Assembly: GCF_000148385.1 (NCBI RefSeq)
Contig: NC_014537.1
Coordinates: forward strand, 1,620,001 to 1,652,000
Source of the DNA: Vulcanisaeta distributa DSM 14429
GTDB lineage: Archaea > Thermoproteota > Thermoprotei > Thermoproteales > Thermocladiaceae
Length of the DNA stretch: 32,000 bases
Direction: 5' to 3'
Shown: one piece after another, positions 8,659 to 16,023 of the stretch
Layout of the letters: each line of letters opens with the position of its first letter
How positions within the stretch are numbered: position 1 is the first letter of the stretch
Notes under the pieces: generated by a model
What the model was told of the DNA's origin: nothing
What the model saw: only the letters and a program-made list of their open reading frames with translations
The model's database searches: none
Program-made: the position numbers and the translations under genes

Positions 8659-9186
8659 ATGAGCGAGGTCTTCATAATTGATGACGTACCTGTGAGGTAT
8701 GAGGACCTATTCAGGGCGCCGGAGAAGGATGGTGCAGTGGTATCGGTTAGGGTTCACAAATCAGTTAAGGAATTACTCACTAAGTTGGCTGAGAAGGAGG
8801 GCTTGGATGGGGTCTCGGAACTACTCAGGTATTTAGTGGCTGGCTACATAATGGGTAAGTACAAACTAATCAAGCCCGAGCCCCGTGTAATAACACAACC
8901 CATATTCCTAAATGTAAACATAAATAAAAAGACCATTGAGGAGCACACGGACATGGCACAGATCGGCCTGAAGATGGAGATTGATGAATTAATAAAGGAG
9001 TCCATGGACGTGATAAACAAGGTGAAGAAGGGAGTAATAAACCCAAGAGGCAATGAGTACATAAGGAGGCTAAGGAATAAGGCCGTTAAATACATGGTTA
9101 AGGCCCTTAAGTACGGCATGGAGGAGGAGTACGAGAAGTTAAAGACAATTCAAGTAACACTAACAACACTACTCGAGGAGGAGTAA
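8659..9186 (+). CDS. ribbon-helix-helix (CopG-like) domain protein with C-terminal coiled coil
   Basis: VSVRVHKSVKELLTKLAEKEGLDGVSELLRYLV fits a strand-helix-helix pattern. TATA CCCTAAATTTAAAT lies about 25 nt upstream. Confidence 0.45.
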   Translation: MSEVFIIDDVPVRYEDLFRAPEKDGAVVSVRVHKSVKELLTKLAEKEGLDGVSELLRYLVAGYIMGKYKLIKPEPRVITQPIFLNVNINKKTIEEHTDMAQIGLKMEIDELIKESMDVINKVKKGVINPRGNEYIRRLRNKAVKYMVKALKYGMEEEYEKLKTIQVTLTTLLEEE

Positions 9187-9194
9187 TAAGAAAA

Positions 9195-9202
9195 CTTTAA
9201 AT
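9195..9202 (+). promoter_or_regulatory. TATA box for the class II tRNA
   Basis: CTTTAAAT centred 27 nt upstream of the tRNA 5' end. Confidence 0.4.
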
Positions 9203-9225
9203 CACAGTTAATGGTTTGTTGGCTT

Positions 9226-9335
9226 GCCGGGGTGGCCGAGCCAGGTCCAAGGCGCAGGTCCGCGATTCCGCGGTGCGAAACTTGAGATCCTGTCCCCGCA
9301 AGGGGGCCCGGGTTCAAATCCCGGCCCCGGCACCA
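9226..9335 (+). tRNA. class II tRNA with a 21-nt intron at position 30/31. The mature anticodon loop is CUUGAGA (anticodon UGA, Ser). CCA is encoded.
   Basis: Acceptor GCCGGGG/CCCCGGC, T arm CCGGG-TTCAAAT-CCCGG, long variable arm TCCCCGCAAGGGGGC. The intron is 9259-9279. It is flanked by a perfect hBHBh' motif: 4-bp helix CGCA/TGCG, 3-nt bulges GGT and AAA, and inner hairpin CCGCG-ATTC-CGCGG. The discriminator is A, which is unusual for Ser. Confidence 0.8.
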
Positions 9336-9600
9336 CGGATTGTTACTTGGTCATGTTAAGTTTATGCTAGTGATTCCTGTACCTTCATGAAATAAAATTA
9401 TCTAATTAACTCCAGTTTTTGGCAATGATGTTAGTATTGCCCTGCATGTTTTTATTTACATAATTACCATGATCATCATCATGCATCACTAATTAAGTAC
9501 ATTAATCACTGTTTAATTTATTCTCTTCTCCTATTTCTAGTTCATTTTTCTGATTATTACATACACTGTTTATATTTCTACTCTGCATCGTCAATAACGT

Positions 9601-10188
9601 ATGTCCTATTTCATAGAGGGTAGCGAGATTAGTAAGCTCTTAAGTAGGATAGTTAATACCACGATGAACCAAATACCACCACAGGCTAGGTTTAACGATA
9701 GTGATATCTCGATAATTATGAAGTATAGACCGTTACTTGAGTCAATAACCGGGGATATCGTTAAGGGCTTCTATGATACATTGTTCTCCCACGGACCTAC
9801 TGCAGCCGTTTTTCAAGCCGACGAGAGACCGCTGAGGGAGAAGACGCTTAGGGATTGGTGGATTAGGACGTTGAGGGGCCCGTTTAATGAGGATTATTGG
9901 TTGTGGCAGACCTACGTAGGCATTATTCACTATAGGAGGAGTGTTACACCACCCATGTTCATGGGTATGTGGGCTTGGATAATAGATAACGTGATTAAGA
10001 AGGTGCAGGCAAGTCCCGAGTTAATTTCCGCCCTGGTCAAGTTTGGTGTCACCCAATCATCATTAATGGTCGGTGGTTACTACGATATTATGGAATACGC
10101 ATTAAGTAGGGTTAACATTAACGGTGATCTCCTCAGGAACTTGGTTATTTCCATTATTGAGGAATTAGCGTCTGGTGTCAAAAAATGA
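9601..10188 (+). CDS. protoglobin-family haem protein
   Basis: 195 aa, typical protoglobin length. GDIVKGFYDTLFSHGPTAAVF and RDWWIRTLRGPFNEDYWLWQTYVGIIHYRR parallel protoglobin DEILDLWYGWV... and EWLDYQYEVGLRHHR, which carries the proximal His. Confidence 0.7.
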   Translation: MSYFIEGSEISKLLSRIVNTTMNQIPPQARFNDSDISIIMKYRPLLESITGDIVKGFYDTLFSHGPTAAVFQADERPLREKTLRDWWIRTLRGPFNEDYWLWQTYVGIIHYRRSVTPPMFMGMWAWIIDNVIKKVQASPELISALVKFGVTQSSLMVGGYYDIMEYALSRVNINGDLLRNLVISIIEELASGVKK

Positions 10189-10251
10189 ATTTCATTTAAA
10201 ATCAGAGCAAGTTACTTACCGCTTTACGGTATTGTTATTGATGGAACTACA

Positions 10252-11148
10252 ATGGTTAAGAAACCTATTTTACGTGGTGGTTACACGACTGGTTACACAG
10301 AGGGTTTTTATTCAGGAAACCAGATTCGCACCTTCGTGATTGGTATGAGCAGGACTTGGATTTGGATTGCGGTGGGTATTGCCATTGGCGTAGCGGTTAG
10401 TCTAGGTTTAGCTTATGCACTTACGCCTTATTACTATAATAATTATTATGGTAATTACCCTGGCGCCCTGCCCATAGGTCCTAGTGCGAGTAATTACTAT
10501 GGTGGTTATACTTATGGTACATATTCAATAAGTCAAGTCATTAAGGAGGTTATGGAAGTGCCAAGTTACGCCCATGTTTATCCGAATAACAATACTATAG
10601 TATTCACTAGTAAGAATATTAACTTATTAGTCGTGGCTATGATGGGTGACGATGCTGTGAGAATGTTTAATGCGACTCCTCCGCCGTACGTTCACGGCGA
10701 TGTCTTTGTTATTTATGGGCTTATAAATCCGACACTAGTCATGCCCGCGGGCGCCGTTGTTCATGTAATCTTTGTTAATCTCGATGATGATATGTACCAT
10801 AACTTTGTGGTTACCACGGTACCGCCCCCATACCCGTATTACGTAATGCCCTACGTAGGCATGTACGGTGGCATGGGTCCCCAGATGATGCTTTTAATGA
10901 GGTGGTTACCGCCGGCTAACTATAATGCTGGTTATGCATATGGCTATGAATACACATTCACGATCACCGCACCAGGTACGTATTGGTACTTATGCACCTA
11001 CCCAGGGCATGCGGAGGAGGGTATGTATGGGGAGATAATTGCCGTGGGCAATGGTTTAAGCACGTCAACATACCCGTACTCCACTGTTCAATACCCAGGT
11101 ACGTACTATGGACCTGGTTGGATGGGTGGTATGATGGGGTGGTGGTAA
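10252..11148 (+). CDS. membrane-anchored type-1 (blue) copper protein, sulfocyanin-like
   Basis: Ligand pattern is His in YHNFVV plus YWYLCTYPGHAEEGMYG (C-x4-H-x4-M). It has an N-terminal TM anchor and Tyr/Gly/Asn- and Met-rich low-complexity segments. An alternative start at 10345 (MSRTWIW) has TTTTTATT about 35 nt upstream. Confidence 0.8.
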   Translation: MVKKPILRGGYTTGYTEGFYSGNQIRTFVIGMSRTWIWIAVGIAIGVAVSLGLAYALTPYYYNNYYGNYPGALPIGPSASNYYGGYTYGTYSISQVIKEVMEVPSYAHVYPNNNTIVFTSKNINLLVVAMMGDDAVRMFNATPPPYVHGDVFVIYGLINPTLVMPAGAVVHVIFVNLDDDMYHNFVVTTVPPPYPYYVMPYVGMYGGMGPQMMLLMRWLPPANYNAGYAYGYEYTFTITAPGTYWYLCTYPGHAEEGMYGEIIAVGNGLSTSTYPYSTVQYPGTYYGPGWMGGMMGWW

Positions 11149-11363
11149 TGCCTTGTCCATGTATGTGGGGTTGGTGGGGTTGGGGTTTTGGTCCGTGGTT
11201 CGGCTTTGGATGGTTTGGATGGATAATTGGTGCCCTAATTGCCATATTATTTCTAATACTCATAATACTCGTAATAGTTTGGATAATCAGGAATTTATCG
11301 CGGACATCATCAAGCAGTACTCATAGGCATGAAAGTCATGAGCATGGTTCATGCCATGGCTAA
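11148..11363 (+). CDS. 71-aa membrane microprotein with a CPC motif, a Trp/Gly-rich segment, a TM helix and a His/Cys-rich tail
   Basis: Its ATG overlaps the cupredoxin stop (TAATG). Sequence MPCPCMWGWWGWGFGPWFGFGWFGW, then TM, then THRHESHEHGSCHG. Confidence 0.5.
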   Translation: MPCPCMWGWWGWGFGPWFGFGWFGWIIGALIAILFLILIILVIVWIIRNLSRTSSSSTHRHESHEHGSCHG

Positions 11364-11376
11364 ATCGTAAAAAGCA

Positions 11377-11925
11377 CTACTTACTGCCCTTAAAATCCTT
11401 AAGTTTCACAATGTTTCTACCCTTAACTTTAATGACCTCAACTAAGCCCTTCTCCTCAAGCCTACGTACTATCCTCCAGGCCTGGACCTTTGACAAACCT
11501 AGGTCCTTCATTATCTGGTACTGAAAAACCTCACCCCCAGACTTAATCACGTACTCAAGGACCTCACGCTCAGTCTTAGGCAATAGCCTTAAGACCTTAC
11601 TATAATAATCATTGGAATAACCCGTCACGGAATCACCCTTCGCCGCAGTCTCCCGCATTGCAGCGTAACTCAGTCCCTGGGTATTCCCGGTGGATCTTAT
11701 GAGGATTATTGGCGCAATTACTGTAATTATACCCACGGTTAATAACGCCAAGGGTAAGAATAATGGGTAGTACATCATCATCCCACACATCATCCCCATG
11801 CAGTGGTAATAAGCCATGTAATTAACCATGACCAATGCGCCATAGAGTAAATATGCACTTACGCCTAATATGATTGCGCCTATTATGACTAATACATTAC
11901 GCAACGCATTATGGCCTCCACTCAT
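11377..11925 (-). CDS. membrane-associated winged-helix transcriptional regulator (COG2512-like)
   Basis: Two or three N-terminal TM helices including YYHCMGMMCGMMMYYP. The C-terminal wHTH is EREVLEYVIKSGGEVFQYQIMKDLGLSKVQAWRIVRRLEEKGLVE. Confidence 0.7.
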   Translation of the reverse strand: MSGGHNALRNVLVIIGAIILGVSAYLLYGALVMVNYMAYYHCMGMMCGMMMYYPLFLPLALLTVGIITVIAPIILIRSTGNTQGLSYAAMRETAAKGDSVTGYSNDYYSKVLRLLPKTEREVLEYVIKSGGEVFQYQIMKDLGLSKVQAWRIVRRLEEKGLVEVIKVKGRNIVKLKDFKGSK

Positions 11926-11970
11926 TATTGCTTATTTAATATCGTAATTTAATAAATCCTTCTAAGCTAT

Positions 11971-12885
11971 TCACTCCTCGATGACTGTATTCCTCAGTGT
12001 GCCTATTTTTTCGACCTCTGCCTCAACAACGTCACCACCCCTCAGGAACTTACCCTTTGGGAAGCCAACACCTGATGGTGTCCCGGTACTTATGTAGTCG
12101 CCAGGCTTAAGCGTAACGCCCTGGGATGCCCAATGAATTAATTCGGGTATCTTGAATATTAGGTTCCTCGTGTTATCATCCTGTTCCACATTACCATTGA
12201 CCCTGAGCGTTAGTCTAAGGTTATGCGGGTCTTGTATCTCGTCCTTTGTCACGATGTATGGGCCCACTGGCGTTGATGAATCCATGCTCTTACCATAGAT
12301 CCAGTCCATGCCGTAGGGCTCCTTACTTGGGAATTGCCAATCGCGCATTGACACGTCATTAAGAATTAAGTACCCAAAGACGTGGTCAAGGGCCTTATTA
12401 ACATCGATATACTTACCCCTCCTACCAATAATTACTGCCAGTTCCACCTCCCAATCAACCTGCTTCGAGACCTTGGGCTTGAGTATTGGTTGATTATGAC
12501 CAATGAGTGCATTTGGGAATTTTGGGAAGAAGTATGGCCTATCAAGGGGTTTTGCCTGGCTTTCCTCACCATGAGCCCTATAATTAACGGCGACACAAAG
12601 TACCTTCTCTGGGTTTAGTACTGGCGGTAACCAGGTTATTGCGTTTGGATCTCTAAATAATGCAATGTCACCACTCCTTAATGCCTTATCTACCAATTCC
12701 CTAACCATGGCTAAGGCAGGCTCCCCGCTGCTTATGAGGGATCTCATGTCGTAGAGGAAGCTCGGCGACTCCGTCGCATCATAAATGCTCATGTAAGTGC
12801 TTGGCAGGTCTAGAACTCCCTTTTCGGTATATACGCCAACCCTAACTGAGTTATTCCATAGGAAGGAGAGGAGCTTCACGTTCAA
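11971..12885 (-). CDS. fumarylacetoacetate hydrolase (FAH) family protein
   Basis: PYFFPKFPNALIGHNQPI, DWEVELAVIIGRRGK, GYLILNDVSMRDWQ, GDYISTGTPSGVG. Confidence 0.85.
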   Translation of the reverse strand: MNVKLLSFLWNNSVRVGVYTEKGVLDLPSTYMSIYDATESPSFLYDMRSLISSGEPALAMVRELVDKALRSGDIALFRDPNAITWLPPVLNPEKVLCVAVNYRAHGEESQAKPLDRPYFFPKFPNALIGHNQPILKPKVSKQVDWEVELAVIIGRRGKYIDVNKALDHVFGYLILNDVSMRDWQFPSKEPYGMDWIYGKSMDSSTPVGPYIVTKDEIQDPHNLRLTLRVNGNVEQDDNTRNLIFKIPELIHWASQGVTLKPGDYISTGTPSGVGFPKGKFLRGGDVVEAEVEKIGTLRNTVIEE

Positions 12886-12925
12886 TGAATAGTTAATGAT
12901 AATTTAAGCATCACTACTAACCTGT

Positions 12926-13990
12926 TTACTGCTCCCTCCATCCACCCTTTAGTAAGTATTCCTCGATCGCCATCGCGGCGTCAATGCCGTTCTTCAATGC
13001 CTTACCTATTAGGCTTGGTCCCGTAGCCACATCGCCAGCCGCAAAAACGCCCTTCCTCGTTGTCCTATGTTTTTGGTCAATGTCTATCGTACCATGCAGT
13101 GTTAACTTAATGCCGCAGCAACCATCCTTAAATGGCGGCGTCGGTACTTCACCAACAGCGGCTATCACGGTGTCCATATCCATTGTATACTCACTACCTG
13201 GTATCGGCTCCGGCGCTGGTCTACCACTTCTATCGGGTTTACCGAGTCTCATCTTAATTAGCTTAACAGCTTCTACGTGATCCTTACCGAGTATTTCGGT
13301 TATACCTACAAGCTCCACAAACTTTATGCCCCTCTTTATCAGTCCCTGTATCTCCATCTTACCGGCCGGCGCCTCATTTATTGTCCTCCTGTAGAGTACG
13401 TAAACCTCCTTCGCACCCTGTCTCTGCGCCTCTATGGCCGCATCAACGGCCGTCAAACCTGCACCGATAACAGCCACCTTCTCGCCCGTTGGGTAAATGA
13501 CCGACTTAGGTAAGTACCCTAACTCACTCGTGTATATCCTATACAGGTAATCAAGGGCTAGATAAACGCCCTTTAAGTTTTCGCCTGGCACACCGAGGGT
13601 CCTTGATTTCCACGTACCCGTGGCTATCAACACGGCATTATAATTATTAATTAATTCCTCAAGGTGGACTTTATGCTCTACAAAGTCATCTCCATCAACG
13701 TGCTCCTCCTCATCAGCAACTACCTTAGTCCTTAGTATGAAGTTCACGCCTAACTCAATTAATTCCTTAACACCAGCCCTAACATTCTTCTTAGGAACCC
13801 TGTACTCGGGTATTCCAAATATCATTAATCCACCAGGTTCAGGCAGCTTATCATAAACATCAACCTGAAAGCCCTTGCATATTAAGTAACCAGCGGCACC
13901 AAGGCCCGCAGGCCCAGCACCAATGATGGCGACTTTCTCACTACGTCTTTCAATCTTCTGACCCGGAGAACACTTAAGTGCAAACTTCAC
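12926..13990 (-). CDS. GltD/SudA-like NAD(P)H-dependent FAD oxidoreductase (no N-terminal Fe-S domain)
   Basis: VAIIGAGPAGLGAAGYL...YDKLPEPGGLMIFGIPEYRVPK, a second Rossmann motif VAVIGAGLTAVDAA, and FAAGDVATG. GTG start with TATA CTTATATAAAGG about 27 nt upstream. Confidence 0.8.
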   Translation of the reverse strand: MKFALKCSPGQKIERRSEKVAIIGAGPAGLGAAGYLICKGFQVDVYDKLPEPGGLMIFGIPEYRVPKKNVRAGVKELIELGVNFILRTKVVADEEEHVDGDDFVEHKVHLEELINNYNAVLIATGTWKSRTLGVPGENLKGVYLALDYLYRIYTSELGYLPKSVIYPTGEKVAVIGAGLTAVDAAIEAQRQGAKEVYVLYRRTINEAPAGKMEIQGLIKRGIKFVELVGITEILGKDHVEAVKLIKMRLGKPDRSGRPAPEPIPGSEYTMDMDTVIAAVGEVPTPPFKDGCCGIKLTLHGTIDIDQKHRTTRKGVFAAGDVATGPSLIGKALKNGIDAAMAIEEYLLKGGWREQ

Positions 13991-14204
13991 GATAAGAACC
14001 GAGGGAATCCTTTATATAAGCCTTTCCTAATGCTTAATTCAACCGTAATTTTACGACCTAATAATTTTAAATAATTAACAATTATAAAGATCTTAATGTT
14101 AAGAACCATAAATATATTTAAAAAGATCATTATTATAAAAGAATAATCTATAAATAAATAAGATACAATAGATTATCTATAGTTATATATTAATTATGGC
14201 TAAT

Positions 14205-15044
14205 CTACTTATCATCCCTTAGATAGACAACTGGGCTATTCTTAGGAACTCGTAGTAACCTAATCATTGGTCCACATTTGGCCCTAAATAGGAATAGAAC
14301 TTTAAGCCTTAAACCACTCTCTAAATAAGCCTCAAAATTACCAACACCCTTAGAAATTATTAACTCATGCATGCTTAGATCACGCCATAAACCCCTATTG
14401 TAAAACACTGGGTATCTATTACCCGTGGACGTAACCCTAACCCTATCACCCAATACTCTACTCACATAATTGGCCGTGACATCAACCTCGTAGGGCAAGC
14501 CCCTAGCGTATACCGTGACCCGGAGGCCTAAGTCAATCAACTTTCTAATTAACAATGCATCCACTTGAAACTCCCCTGAATTATCGACGATATAACCAAT
14601 GTCCTTAACACCACCTAATAGTTTTATCAGCTCCTCCCTTGATGTGCCGAGCCAAACCGCCTCCTCGAGGAGCTTATTCACGAAATCATTAATGTCAAAT
14701 TGATAATCCCTCATTGGCACATCCACGGAATTTGCGGCGGCTGCTATTTCAAAATACCTGGTAATATCATTACCTGCATCATTAATTATCCTACTTATGA
14801 TGAGAGATGCCGTATCCTCAAGCTCTTTCTTCTCGTTGGCATGAGGATCATCATTGTTTAGGATCTTTGTCACCAATTCGAAGGACTCTATGAAGAGTGG
14901 CGTTCTGCCTCTTGGTATTAAATTAGATATATGCATCGTTATTTGCGTGTATGCATTTATATCGTTAATTCCAAGCTTCTTCAATTCCTGAGTCCTGGAC
15001 TCCAGGGCACATAGTATGCACTCTGGAGTCTCTATATATAGCAT
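14205..15044 (-). CDS. DUF89 / ARMT1-like damage-control phosphatase
   Basis: N-terminal ECILCAL, VDNSGEFQVDALL and SKGVGNFEAY match the DUF89 DNxGE and KGxxNxE signatures. Confidence 0.65.
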   Translation of the reverse strand: MLYIETPECILCALESRTQELKKLGINDINAYTQITMHISNLIPRGRTPLFIESFELVTKILNNDDPHANEKKELEDTASLIISRIINDAGNDITRYFEIAAAANSVDVPMRDYQFDINDFVNKLLEEAVWLGTSREELIKLLGGVKDIGYIVDNSGEFQVDALLIRKLIDLGLRVTVYARGLPYEVDVTANYVSRVLGDRVRVTSTGNRYPVFYNRGLWRDLSMHELIISKGVGNFEAYLESGLRLKVLFLFRAKCGPMIRLLRVPKNSPVVYLRDDK

Positions 15045-15065
15045 TGAGACTCGATAATTAGTAGC

Positions 15066-15088
15066 TTATTAAGCAATTTGCTTAATAA
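15066..15088. promoter_or_regulatory. 23-bp perfect palindrome in a divergent promoter region
   Basis: TTATTAAGCAA-T-TTGCTTAATAA, with 11-nt arms that are exact reverse complements. It sits 22-44 bp upstream of the DUF89 start. Confidence 0.35.
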
Positions 15089-15167
15089 TTACTCTATATC
15101 TTCGTTTAAGCACGTGCCCTAACAAGCATAGTTTTTAATTTTCACTCATTACCATTATTGATGGGTC

Positions 15168-16022
15168 ATGAGTATCGATGACATATTAAGAGAGTTAAGA
15201 GAGGATAGGGTTCACGGCGCCTCCTGGTATTTCCTGAAGGGTATTGAGGTAATTAGAATTGCGATTGAAAGAGGGCTTGAACCCAGTGACATTAAGGCAT
15301 TACTTAATGAGTTAAGGGGTGTTAGGCCCGGTATGGCCTCAATAATGAACTTAGCCGATATAATTGAACGCTCGTTAAATATTGGTTTAGATCTTAATAA
15401 TGTCATTAATAGGTTAAGGGATTGGTATGACTCAGCATCTAAACGGTTGCTTACGCAGTTAGATAGATTCCCCATTATGTGTGGGTCGAAGGCAATAACC
15501 ATTAGTTATAGCTCAGCGGTTAAGGCAGCTCTGTCGAGGTGGGGTAAATGCATTGATGTTCTATACGTGATGGAGTCAAGGCCTGGCAATGAGGTTATCC
15601 AGGCGATAAGTGATTACTCAAATTACGTGGGTAATGTGGTTCCAATACCAGACTCCGCAATTGCCCATTTTATGAGGAACGTTAATTACGTAATCTCCGG
15701 GGCAGATGGGCTGTATAGTGATGGCTATTTCCTTAATAAGGTTGGTACGGAGCCCCTATTCATTGTTGCGCATAGATTTGACGTTAACACGATAGTGATT
15801 GCTGAGTCTTATAAGGCCGTGAGTGGCTGTGTCGGCGAGGTTTACATGGTGGATTTTCACATAGATAATCAGGGCGTGCAAGTTCCATTATTTGATGAGG
15901 TGCCCCTCGAATTAATTGATTACTTAATAACCGATCTTAACATTATTAAGAAGCCGAAGCCGGAGAATATCGAGAATCTGAGGGAACTTCTTATTAATAA
16001 TGTCCTTAATCCAAGTGGGTGA
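15168..16022 (+). CDS. eIF-2B alpha/beta/delta-family protein (aIF-2BII / sugar-phosphate isomerase-like)
   Basis: HGASWY near the N-terminus and ISGADGLYSDGYFLNKVGTEPLFIVAH are typical of the IF-2B fold. Confidence 0.65.
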   Translation: MSIDDILRELREDRVHGASWYFLKGIEVIRIAIERGLEPSDIKALLNELRGVRPGMASIMNLADIIERSLNIGLDLNNVINRLRDWYDSASKRLLTQLDRFPIMCGSKAITISYSSAVKAALSRWGKCIDVLYVMESRPGNEVIQAISDYSNYVGNVVPIPDSAIAHFMRNVNYVISGADGLYSDGYFLNKVGTEPLFIVAHRFDVNTIVIAESYKAVSGCVGEVYMVDFHIDNQGVQVPLFDEVPLELIDYLITDLNIIKKPKPENIENLRELLINNVLNPSG

Positions 16023-16023
16023 G

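Noticed and set aside
9254-9293. Alternative reading of the class II tRNA as tRNA-Leu(GAG), with loop TTGAGAT and stem GCAGG/CCTGT. This would fit the A73 discriminator.
   Set aside because: It leaves no nucleotide for position 26, gives a non-canonical U32/U38 loop and does not coincide with the BHB cleavage sites. The BHB motif predicts the 30/31 junction and the loop CUUGAGA exactly.
9425-9553. ATGATG at 9425-9430 and CTGA at 9550-9553 as the C and D boxes of an sRNA in the long spacer.
   Set aside because: They are about 125 nt apart with no internal D'/C' pair, far outside archaeal C/D sRNA geometry.
10983-11147. Upstream extension (from the Met at 10983) of the frame-0 ORF that contains the 71-aa microprotein.
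   Set aside because: It fully overlaps the conserved copper-ligand region of the cupredoxin in another frame, and its sequence (MVLMHLPRACGGGYVWGDNCRG...) looks like a frame shadow. The ATG at 11148, overlapping the stop codon, is the natural start.
14031-14204. The AT-rich spacer as a replication origin (DUE).
   Set aside because: I see no ORB or mini-ORB-like repeats flanking it, no cdc6/orc1 or whiP gene nearby, and both flanking genes are ordinary metabolic genes.
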